Source: Nemertoderma westbladi | Taxonomy: Eukaryota > Animalia > Xenacoelomorpha | Reading direction: 5' to 3' | DNA length: 51,994 nucleotides | Assembly: GCA_032718475.1 (NCBI GenBank) | Contig: JAUCBJ010001089.1 | Span: forward strand, 1-51,994 | Shown here: positions 1 through 9,838 of the stretch, piece after piece | Numbering within the stretch: position 1 is the first letter of the stretch | How the letters are laid out: each line of letters opens with the position of its first letter | Notes under the pieces: model-generated | Databases searched by the model: none | What the model saw: only the letters and a program-made list of their open reading frames with translations | What the model was told of the DNA's origin: nothing | Position numbers and translations under genes: made by a program

Positions 1-1
1 A

Positions 2-3000
2 AGGAAAGCTAAGGATAAAGCTTTAGAGGTACCCATTGAACAACTAAATGCAGATGACGGAGTTAAAACGTTACTTAGAAAACTCGATGAAGTTTATCTG
101 AAGGATAAAATCGACTGTGCTTACGAAGCCTATTCGTTGTTTAAATATTTAAAGAAGAAAGATGTAGAGACTATTTCCGACTTTATCAATGAGTTTGAGA
201 AACGGTATAACAAAGCCAAAGAATATGACATGAGTATCGGGGATGGAGTTTTAGCTTTTGAGCTTTTAGATAAGGCGAATTTGTCAGATTCAGAGAGAAA
301 AATGGCTCTAACAGCAGTAAAGGATTTAAAATACCAAGAAATGAAGACAGCATTAAAACGTATCTTTGGGGAATCAAAGGTGATGTTTACAGGTGCTGAT
401 AGTGGGCGTACAACTGCGGTGCGTGTCAAGCAAGAGACTGAGGATACATTCCTTTGTGAGGATAATCATAATTTATATGAGGAAGGTTATTTGGAGGACT
501 GTGATGATGAACAATCTGTTTATTTTACATCACGTGGTCGGTATATTAGAGGTAGGCCTAATTTTAGAAGTAGATCAGCTGGACGACCATCATATAATTC
601 ATATAATCGAGGACGTTTTGATTCTCGAGGTAGTAGTACCGGTACCAGTATCAGACGTGGTGGGTCGATCACATATGGTAGAGTATCTAATAATCCCAGG
701 TATGCCGATGGTCAACAAATGTTGTGTCGAAGTTGTAAATCTCCACACCATTTTCAAAAAGACTGCTCTGACTATCAACCCCCTAATAACTATCAAGATG
801 GGGGTACCGGTATCGATAATGATGTATATATAACACTGTTTATTAAACCGGAAGAAGAACAATCGACATTTGTTCTAGAAACATTTAATCATGGTATATT
901 GGATACTGGTTGTACTTCAACAGTATGTGGAGAAGAATGGTTGTCCGTTTATCTGGAATCTCTAGGTGAGTTTGCTAGCAATAATGTTATAGAGCAATAT
1001 AGCAACACTAAATTTAGGTTTGGTGATGGTGAAAAGGTTGCTTCTAAGAAAAAGGTAACAATACCTGTGTTTATAGGTGAAAAATATTGCATGGTGGCAA
1101 CAGATGTGGTAAACAAACATATACCGTTACTTTTGAGTAAACAATCACTAAAAAGAGCCAAGTGTGTTATCAATTTAGATAATGATACTGCTAACATACT
1201 TGATCAAGACATATTATTAAGAAAATCTACATCTGGTCATTATTGCATATTACTGACACCAAAGGAAAATTTTCCTTGTATTGAAAATGTCATTTTGTTC
1301 ACTGAAAATTGTGTTAATGATGTTAAAAAGATGGCACTAAAATTACATAAGCAATTTGCACACCCTTCAGCTGACAGGCTATTAGGATTAATTAAGGATG
1401 CGGGGTTATCCAGCAAAGAGATTACTTGTGAGGTGAATAAAGTTACAGAGACATGTTCAGTGTGTAAGAAGTATAAGAAGCCAAAACCTAGGCCTGTTGT
1501 TGGATTTTCATTGGCCAAAGAGTTCAATGAAACTGTGGCGGGAGATCTGATTCAATGGGGCAATAAAACGTGGATTCTACATGTGATTGATCATATGACA
1601 AGGTTGAGTGGTGCTGCTGTGGTAAGAACGAAGGAAAAATCTGTGATTGCTGACAAATTCATTCGCTGTTGGATGGCCATTTATGGCCCTCCAAAGCAAA
1701 TCATGTCTGATAATGGTGGTGAGTTTGATAATTCTACCTTTAGAGAAATGGCTGAGCAATTTAATATTAAACTTATTCCAACCCCAGCAGAAAGTCCTTG
1801 GTCAAATGGTCTGAATGAAAGGCATAATGGTGTTTTAAAGGATATGTTACAGAAACTTATGAGTGATTGCAAGTATGATTTGGAAACTGGATTGGCTTGG
1901 TGTGTTAATGCTAAGAATTGTTTACATAATGTTAATGGATATAGCCCATATCAACTTGTCTTTGGACAGAACCCCAACCTCCCTTGCGTCCTGAATGATC
2001 AATTACCTGCTTTAGAGGGGGTCACGTCATCTCAAATAGTAGCTAAGCATTTAAATGCCATTCATGGAGCCAGAGAAATATGTATACAAGCGGAATCTTC
2101 TGAGAAAGTTAGAAGAGCAATGCGACACAACATCAGATCACAGGATGATGTTTATATCCAAGGGGACAGCGTATTCTACAAGCGGGATAATTCAGCTGAA
2201 TGGAAGGGCCCTGGAATGGTTATTGGCCGCGATGGTAAGATAGTTTATGTAAAACATGGTGGTTCGGTTGTAAAGGTTCATAGTTTAAGACTTTTGAAGA
2301 CCTGCGATGTTGCATTTGATCAAAAAAATCAAACCACTAGTGTACCTGATAATTTATCTGAGGTCAACAGTAATCTGCATAATGTTGAGGATGACATCAT
2401 ATGTATTGACGAATATGATGATGATATTAATGATGTTCAAAAGGGTAATTCTTCTAGTGGTCTGATTGCTGCTAATGTTGCTAAGGAAGGCATTCATGAT
2501 ACCCAGAGTCATACCATCAGAGAGTCTGCAAAATTAACACTACCAAAGATTAATGATAAAATATCATTTCGTCTTAAAGGTGAAGATAACTGGTGTCATG
2601 GAATTGTGCTTAGCAGAGCTGGAAAAGCAACAGGAAAGTACAGAAATTGCTTAAATGTACAATTTACTGGTCCTAAAGAAAGGCAGGATGATTGTGATAA
2701 TTTTGACTTTGGTACTGACATTGACGAATGGACAGATAATAATACACCAGTTAGCGATGGTACTGAAGATGTTTATTTAAATGACTATGTTGTTAGTGAT
2801 AAATATGCTGAAGCCAAGGTATACCAAGTACAGATGTGGGACCGGCATAATGTATATAAGGCTGTAGATGATGTGGGTCAAGATAGGCTATCTACTAAGT
2901 GGGTTTGTACAATGAAAAATGACGGCAGATTAAAAGCGAGATTAGTTGCACGAGGGTTCGAGGAAGAGACAGCAGAACTTGCCAAATTTTCACCAACTGG

Positions 3001-4249
3001 AAAGAAAGAAAATATCCGCTTGTTACTATCAGTAGCAGCAACTACCAATTGGACCATTCATTCAATGGATATACAGACTGCTTTTCTACAGGGTGAGCAA
3101 ATAGATCGAGAAGTTTACCTAGAGCCTCCACAGGAATTTAAGAAACCAGGTCAACTTTGGTGTCTAAAGAAATGTGTTGATGGTTTATCAGATGCACCAA
3201 GAAAGTGGTTCATGAAAGTAAAGAAGGTTTTAGAACAAATAGGAATGAAAAGATCAATGAATGATGACTGTTTATATTACTGGGAAAGTAATGGTGTAAT
3301 TGGTGGCATTTTATCTATGCATGTTGATGATGAACTTTGGGCAGGAACAGCTGAATTCGAATGTACAATTATTAATGAATTAAGAAAGGTCTTTGTTGTT
3401 GGAATTGAGAAAGATACAGTCCTTAAACATGTTGGTCTGGAGTTGAGGCAAAATCGCCATGGTATTTTACTGGATCAGCATCGTTATATTGAGAAGCTTC
3501 AGCCAATTGACTTGGCAAGTAACAGAAATAAGGATTCGCAACTTACCAACAAGGAGTTTAAAGCTCTTCAAACGCTATGTGGGCAACTCAATTGGATTGC
3601 TACACAAAGTCGACCAGATATTAGTTTTGATACTTGTAACTTGAGCAGTAAATTAAAAGACCCCAAGATTAATGACATATTTTATGCAAATAAAATCGTT
3701 CGACGTGTAAAGTCATTCGCTATGGTATTGAAATTTCCCAGATTGAATCTGCAAGATTTGAAGATCATATGTTATACCGATGCTTCTTATGGAAATTTAG
3801 ATGATGGAAGCTCCCAAGGGGGTTATCTTATTTTTGTTTCGGATTGTACAAACAATGGAGCTTTGTTAGATTGGCAGTCAAAGAAACTCAGGCGGGTAGC
3901 ACGTAGCAGTTTAGCAGCTGAAACATTAGCTGCAGTTCATGCTATTGATAATGCCTACTCACTGGCATCAGTTCTTGGTGAAATATTATCGACCACAATT
4001 CCAATATATATATATACTGATAGTCAATCACTTATTGACAATATATACACTGATAAAGGAAGCTTAACAGAGAAGCGCCTTCGGATAGATATACGACTCA
4101 TCCGCGAAATGTTGGAGAAAGGTGAGATCAGTGATCTACAATGGGTTGATACCTATCATCAGTTGGCCAACTCTCTAACTAAGAAGGGTGCATCAACAAA
4201 CTCACTGATAAATACTCTAGAAACGCATAAACTCAGTCAGACTCAATAA
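2..4249 (+). CDS. Ty1/copia (GalEa-like) gag-pol polyprotein; 5' end lies upstream of the window
   Basis: The frame is open from base 2 (RKAKDKALEV...), so the TTG at 137 is not the true start. Domains are in copia order: zinc knuckle CRSCKSPHHFQKDC, protease ILDTGCTSTVCG, integrase LHKQFAH..CSVC / VAGDL / SDNGGEF / NGLNER, RT KARLVARGFEE / MDIQTAFLQG / HVDD, RNase H YTDASY / AETLA / TDSQSL / QLANSLTK. HVDD and the motif style match the GalEa clade as I recall it. Confidence 0.95.
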   Translation, partial: RKAKDKALEVPIEQLNADDGVKTLLRKLDEVYLKDKIDCAYEAYSLFKYLKKKDVETISDFINEFEKRYNKAKEYDMSIGDGVLAFELLDKANLSDSERKMALTAVKDLKYQEMKTALKRIFGESKVMFTGADSGRTTAVRVKQETEDTFLCEDNHNLYEEGYLEDCDDEQSVYFTSRGRYIRGRPNFRSRSAGRPSYNSYNRGRFDSRGSSTGTSIRRGGSITYGRVSNNPRYADGQQMLCRSCKSPHHFQKDCSDYQPPNNYQDGGTGIDNDVYITLFIKPEEEQSTFVLETFNHGILDTGCTSTVCGEEWLSVYLESLGEFASNNVIEQYSNTKFRFGDGEKVASKKKVTIPVFIGEKYCMVATDVVNKHIPLLLSKQSLKRAKCVINLDNDTANILDQDILLRKSTSGHYCILLTPKENFPCIENVILFTENCVNDVKKMALKLHKQFAHPSADRLLGLIKDAGLSSKEITCEVNKVTETCSVCKKYKKPKPRPVVGFSLAKEFNETVAGDLIQWGNKTWILHVIDHMTRLSGAAVVRTKEKSVIADKFIRCWMAIYGPPKQIMSDNGGEFDNSTFREMAEQFNIKLIPTPAESPWSNGLNERHNGVLKDMLQKLMSDCKYDLETGLAWCVNAKNCLHNVNGYSPYQLVFGQNPNLPCVLNDQLPALEGVTSSQIVAKHLNAIHGAREICIQAESSEKVRRAMRHNIRSQDDVYIQGDSVFYKRDNSAEWKGPGMVIGRDGKIVYVKHGGSVVKVHSLRLLKTCDVAFDQKNQTTSVPDNLSEVNSNLHNVEDDIICIDEYDDDINDVQKGNSSSGLIAANVAKEGIHDTQSHTIRESAKLTLPKINDKISFRLKGEDNWCHGIVLSRAGKATGKYRNCLNVQFTGPKERQDDCDNFDFGTDIDEWTDNNTPVSDGTEDVYLNDYVVSDKYAEAKVYQVQMWDRHNVYKAVDDVGQDRLSTKWVCTMKNDGRLKARLVARGFEEETAELAKFSPTGKKENIRLLLSVAATTNWTIHSMDIQTAFLQGEQIDREVYLEPPQEFKKPGQLWCLKKCVDGLSDAPRKWFMKVKKVLEQIGMKRSMNDDCLYYWESNGVIGGILSMHVDDELWAGTAEFECTIINELRKVFVVGIEKDTVLKHVGLELRQNRHGILLDQHRYIEKLQPIDLASNRNKDSQLTNKEFKALQTLCGQLNWIATQSRPDISFDTCNLSSKLKDPKINDIFYANKIVRRVKSFAMVLKFPRLNLQDLKIICYTDASYGNLDDGSSQGGYLIFVSDCTNNGALLDWQSKKLRRVARSSLAAETLAAVHAIDNAYSLASVLGEILSTTIPIYIYTDSQSLIDNIYTDKGSLTEKRLRIDIRLIREMLEKGEISDLQWVDTYHQLANSLTKKGASTNSLINTLETHKLSQTQ

Positions 4250-4368
4250 AAAAAAAAAAAAAAAAAACTATGACTAGTTAGTATTATTGGACATTTATTG
4301 GACTCCTTATTTTATGTTTCTTTTCTGTTACTACCCTATTACGTTTATGTTAAAGAAAGAGGTGAGAA

Positions 4369-4492
4369 TGTCAAATGTATATATGTAGTATATTGGTGGC
4401 GGGATATTCAAACTATATATAAGATATGAAAGATATAGGAGGAACACCGGTACAGCGGTACGTTTCCTATCTTACTGTTTTACACTTTAACA
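4369..4492 (+). repeat. Putative 3' LTR (~124 bp, TG...CA)
   Basis: Starts with TG immediately after the PPT, contains a TATA-like TATATATAAG and ends in TAACA. The 5' LTR is outside the window, so the right boundary is inferred. Confidence 0.65.
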
Positions 4493-4645
4493 ATTAGGAC
4501 CACTTTTTGATGACATATGTTTGGCGTGGCATAAAGTTCGATTTTTTGGAGAATAGTGATTCAAATGTGCTAAACCGAAAGCCCTTATTTTTAACATCGG
4601 GCAGCCAACAACGTCAGTAATAGAACTATATCTCTGTAGTGACAA

Positions 4646-4717
4646 AATGTGACTGACGGAATGTGACTGACGGAATGTGACTGACGGAATGTGACTGACG
4701 GAATGTGACTGACGGAA
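4646..4717. repeat. Five tandem copies of 14-bp AATGTGACTGACGG
   Basis: Read directly. The same motif forms a palindrome at 5383-5416 and a degenerate copy near 5569. Confidence 0.9.
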
Positions 4718-6415
4718 CAAAATGGAACCATCAAACATTAATTCCTAGCAGAAACATTCCGAAGTAATTTTAACTTTTTATAGTCAGATATTTTTTGTTT
4801 ATAAACAATATTTGTGATATAATAGATTTATTTTTTTATTATTTTTATTATTTCAGGTACTATTTATTTTATTTATTACCGGTATAATTATCTTAATTGA
4901 TATAGTTATTAGTTATATTTTAAAAAAATTAATCAATTCACATATTTATATTTGTTTATTCATTATTTTTGGAATAATATAGCAATATTGTATAATATTA
5001 AAGAACAAAGCACAACTACCAATATGGACCGGTACTAAAGTAGAAAGGTTATGTCAGTTTGTTACATGGGATTGAAGTCGTCTCTTCAGTTTCTATGCGG
5101 TCTCGTCAGTCCTCATTTTTGTCTCCTCGAGTTTGTTGCAACAGAATGTCAAAATATTCACATATTTTGATTTGGGTACCGGTAGATTCAATTTTTTCTG
5201 GCCAAATGTTCAAAATTACCAATACTCCTAAATTTTTATACTCACTACTGAAAATTCAGTCACAGAAAATAGTAGTAAAGTTTATTTATTCTGAAACACA
5301 AAGCCTTTCTAGCAAACTTTATTTACGGGTACCTCAAATACAGATATTCTCCTGACCAATCTGCATGAGCAATTTTAATGTGAAATTCCGTCAGTCACAT
5401 GTGACTGACGGAATTTTTTAGTTTGTTTCCAATTTAGGTATTCCTTTTATCGGATAACATTAATATTGCTCAAGTATTTTGGTCATGAGATTATCTGAAT
5501 TTGTGGGAAGGAAAGTTTGCCAGAAAGCCTTTCTGTTTCAGTATAACTAAACTTTACTATTTATTTTCTGTGACTGGCGGAACTTCCAGCAGTAGTTTAC
5601 AAAACATTTTTTGGCAGGAAGACTTATTGGAATGCAAGATTCTGTTTTTTATGAAATATTCTACTGAAGTGGTGCTTCTAAAATTTGCATGATAGTGCAT
5701 ATCATATTCTTTTTAAATTAATATGAAAAAGGCAAATTATTAGCACAATTATATGGTTAAGTTCCAACGAGACTTTATATCCCAGTACCGGTATTTGTTC
5801 TAAGCCGTCAAATATTTACTTATCCATACCCATTTCCTACACTTTAGATACTGTACTTTTAGGATATAGAATGGAAACCGTTTTTGGTGATATTGATGTT
5901 AATTTTTTGATGCTAAGTGTGACCCTATTTCGATAATTCCCCCCCCCCCCCCCCCGTACTATACTTACAGTGGGTGAATTTAGTTAAATCACTTCTGTAA
6001 ATTAATCAGCTAGGATTATGGCCTACTTTTATAATGGCAACATAAAAAATCTTATCCTTTTCGATTATTAGTCCATCGGCTGAGTGTTCTAGAAAATAAT
6101 CTACCATGCGGTGTATTTAATAGAATAAAATAGCCTCGCCCAGATGCAAATCCATGCAAGTTTTAATCGCTCATATCTCAGCAATTTTTTAACGAAATTC
6201 AAATTGCTTTATATGTTTGGAATCCTTGCAACGGCCAGCTTATTGGTGCAATATTGCCAGATACACATTTTTCAAACGCTTGTAGCCAACAAATGAAAGC
6301 AAGAATACAAATTATATCTCACCCAGTAGGGGTGATGGTCATTAATTTGAACTTTAATATTCCTAATATTCTTTATTATTCCGCGCCCTCAACTCCAATC
6401 TATTTATCCTGTCAG

Positions 6416-7118
6416 GTACACCCCGATCAGCACCCAAGCGAGCCCCATCCACCCGACATCCACCACCTCGACCACCGATTACGATTACTACATAAAGATC
6501 ATGAGGGAGCCCGACTTCTTCACGACGAAGTCATCCTCTAAACCCCGCCGAGTGGACGCGAGCGGAAAGGTGCCCCGCGTCCCCTTCACGATGTCCCCGG
6601 GTCTGTGCCTCTCGGAGGACTGCAGGGGGAAGTGGCGAAAGAAACGGAACGACTCGGTGAAGCGGAAACGTCGACGGGAGAGCCAAACCGCGTCGGTGAC
6701 ATCGGGACGGGAGTCGGTGGGTTCGAGTAGGTCGTCGGACGAACTGGTCCGGTGCAGCTACTGCTCCACGATGTTCCAGGTTGGGGACGGCAGTCGTTGC
6801 GACGAGTCGCCCGATCTCTGCGACCTACTTATTCGCAACATCAGCTGCTACGGGTGCGCGAGCGCCCTGCTGGACCGCTGCCGGGGCCGCGAGACCAACT
6901 CTACCGGCTGCTGGGGCGAGCCGTTGAGCGAGCGGCAGCGCTCCCACGGCGTGTGGTTGGCGCTGCTGAGTTTGCTGGTTCCGTGCCTTTGTCTGTACCC
7001 GCCGTTGAAACTGTGCCGACACTGTTGCCGCGGCGACGGGGCCCGGGGACGCGGGCGTCATAGAGCGTGCCCCCCGCGACGCGAGCCCCCCGGGGGGCCC
7101 CACAGCCCCAGGAGGTGA
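6416..7118 (+). CDS. Terminal coding exon of a SPRED-like protein (cysteine-rich Sprouty/SPR domain)
   Basis: Acceptor tatttatcctgtcAG at 6414-6415; frame open from 6417 (YTPISTQ...DYDYYIKIMREPD) to TGA at 7118. RCSYCSTMF..CDESPD..IRNISCYGCASALLDRC..WLALLSLLVPCLCLYPPLKLCRHC..GRHR parallels the SPRED C-terminus (RCVYC..CQDAPD..VSCMLCAESMLYHC..WLAL..VPCMCCY.PL..C..GKH). Sharp GC/CpG rise. Upstream exons (EVH1) are not in the window. Confidence 0.82.
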
Positions 7119-9130
7119 GAGCCACCGCCCCCACCCACCCCACACTCTGCTGCCGCTCTATAGAACATCTTCCTGGGGGTCTCCGGTTTTCTCGCCAGCC
7201 CACCCAACTAATTGCTCAGGGGTATATCCGTACTAGCCGATTCGCCATATTCGCAACAAGGGATATATAGTTAGGTATTCTATTTCGCACACATTTTATT
7301 GCAGTTTGGGCAACATAATCAGTTATCAAAATCTACCATTTATTTCGAATGCTTTGCCGGTTTCGCTAGGTATGCGTTTCAGATTGTCCCATTTCATTTC
7401 AACCATTTACATATTAATTAGTAAGAAACTATAAGTGATAGCGAAGCGATATCAATATAGATATGATCATATTTTTTAAAATAAAGGAAGTTTTAGTTAT
7501 TATAATATATGAAAAAAGATTTGATCTTTGATCTTGACTGTTATTTATAAATTTGTTGACTTTAGCAGTACGGTACCGGTATCTATCCCACTTTCCTTTA
7601 TCATGAGTCATGAACCGGTTTTTTTTATTATTTACCGGAAATATAAATTTTTATTAATATATTTTTAAACGATCGCGATGTAACACGCACCAGTGCTTCG
7701 TAACAATGTTCAACCACCGTTACTGATTGCGCTATTCAGGTTTTGATATTACCTCTATTTATTGTACTACGATTACCTAGTAGGTGAATAATTCTATGTT
7801 TATAACCACAAGTCTGTATCTGGAAATTTGGACTATAATGGATTGTTACAAATTGATAAAATAGTATCACATATAAGGGGCCATCAATAAAGTACAACGC
7901 ACTTTGTGGCCCAAACCCACCGTCCTACACAGGATATCATAAATGTGTAGAGTTGCAGTGCGTGTGGCAGTCACGCTACTTCTGTTGTGCCACCCACCAT
8001 CTGTTAGTGCCGCCTTATGTACGGCTGTAAACTCTGCTGTATGAAATAATACATTTATTTGCAGATCTGACGTCACGAACTTACAAACAGATTCCCTTTT
8101 TTTCAAACTTAATGTTTTAATATTATATAAATTATTGATCCCATTGATTTATGCAACTGGTGGACTTTAAAACAACCCATCAAACAGTTTTCAAATAATT
8201 GAATAAGTGGAGACGTGCAATTATGAATGAGTCCACTTACACAATAATATGATCAGGGTATTGCGAGATACTATGATAGGCGATATTGCACGGTGCAGAT
8301 GGGCTACTTTACCAAAAGTGATATTATAAAGTATCCCTAGTATTTATTTTCTAATACTTTTGTATTTAATTCATATAATTATAATGTATTTAATAGGATA
8401 TCGCGAAACAGAAATGTTCTTTTTTCACAATAAAAATAACGTCAGTCAATTATATTTATAATATGAAGATATAGTTTTATTAATTATCATATACCCCTGT
8501 AGCAATTTTGAGTTGTTATCAGCTATTTGTAAAGCGACGTACATTGTTTTACTATCGCTCTGACGGTGACATTTTATTGAGACAGCGTCTGACTAAATTG
8601 TTGAGGGAATTTTGCATCCAATTATCGTATTAAACTACCTGTATATAATAAAATAGAACACCCCTAAAGCTAAATCAGGTCAAATCAAAATGCAGTTTCG
8701 ATTGATATAACTTTCTAAATATTCTAATTCGTAAATCCGTTATTTTGTTTAAAAGAAAATCACCCAACTCAAACAAGTATTTTGCACCTTGCTTTGAGAA
8801 CATGCCTTTTTTGCTATAAACTCGGATTTGGGCCCAATTATGGAATTACCTTAAAATTAAATACTTAGTGCTAAGTGACAACAATTAGTAAATTTATTGT
8901 TTTTATCGTATCAAATACTTGGCATTCAAGTTACAATTAACAGGTGTATTTGTTTCTCAACCCAACCAAACGTTAATTCCTGACCTATCGGATACCTCCT
9001 TATTCATATAAATCACTAAATACATTACAAATATATACTGGGATAGAATAATAATGGTGTTTGGTTGCAAAAAATTCTAGCATGCGCAGCAGTTTAGTTA
9101 GTCTGTCTGAATAGGGTTGGTAGGAATATT

Positions 9131-9270
9131 TTTTGACTGAACGCAATTAGGGGCTAACAAAGTACCCTGAATCTACTGGGAGCAGGGTTTTTTATAAAAC
9201 ACAAAGAACGACAAGCCAGCCATTCGATTCAGGGCACCTTGATATCCTTTATTCAATTGTTTCAGCCAAA
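9131..9270. mobile_element. Degenerate hairpin MITE-like element in the presumed SPRED 3' UTR/downstream region
   Basis: Imperfect inverted arms TTTGACTGAA..AAGTACCCTGAATC and GATTCAGGGCACCTT..TTCAGCCAAA. Confidence 0.45.
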
Positions 9271-9838
9271 CAATTATTATTTCACACACTACAACTACAT
9301 TATGGTCAGACAATGAGAATGACGGATCTGATAAATTATAAACTGTTTATTAACATACGTACATATTTTATATTTCATATGATATCTTTTAGTTTTACCA
9401 GTCTCAGTAGTTTAGTAATTTTTTAGATATTTTAAATACCGGTAATTATATTCAATGGCCTATTAAATTACTGATCATTGATTTTAACTCAGTTTTAAAA
9501 ATGTTATTTGTGCTGAATTACTGTAATCAGTGATAAAGTGTAGTAATTTTCAATCGTTCGCTTAATAACTAAGTAATGTACGCCACATTGTATTTACTAA
9601 GTACGTTTTTATTAAAATAAAATATATTGGCAAGGTTAAAGATATGGTTTCCTTTATTATTTGAACTCAAAAATGTAATAAAATATAACTTTATATAATT
9701 AATCGATTTTTTTGTTGTTATTGAAATCTTGGGTACATCGTCATGGAATAAGGTAGGTAAACATAAACTGTAACAACTAAAATCAAATAATGATTATGAC
9801 CTAATAACTACAAACAATCATATTATTACATTATGTAA

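Larger units (their letters stand above)
1..4492 (+). mobile_element. Copia LTR retrotransposon, 3' part including PPT and 3' LTR
   Basis: The ORF is followed by a purine tract AAAGAAAGAGGTGAGAA (4352-4368) directly abutting TGTCAAA (4369), with a candidate end TTTAACA (4492) that is an imperfect inverted repeat of the start. Confidence 0.88.

Noticed and set aside
130-3644. Short antisense and alternate-frame ORFs within the copia pol (and likewise within the LINE)
   Set aside because: Shadow ORFs of long coding regions, with no independent motifs.
4245-4267. AATAAA plus A20 as the poly(A) tail of a retroposed copy
   Set aside because: A PPT and LTR-like sequence follow 100 bp later, so the A-run is internal to the element.
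6752-7270. Overlapping ORFs on both strands around the SPR exon
   Set aside because: Expected in GC-rich sequence; only the 6501 frame shows a recognisable domain.
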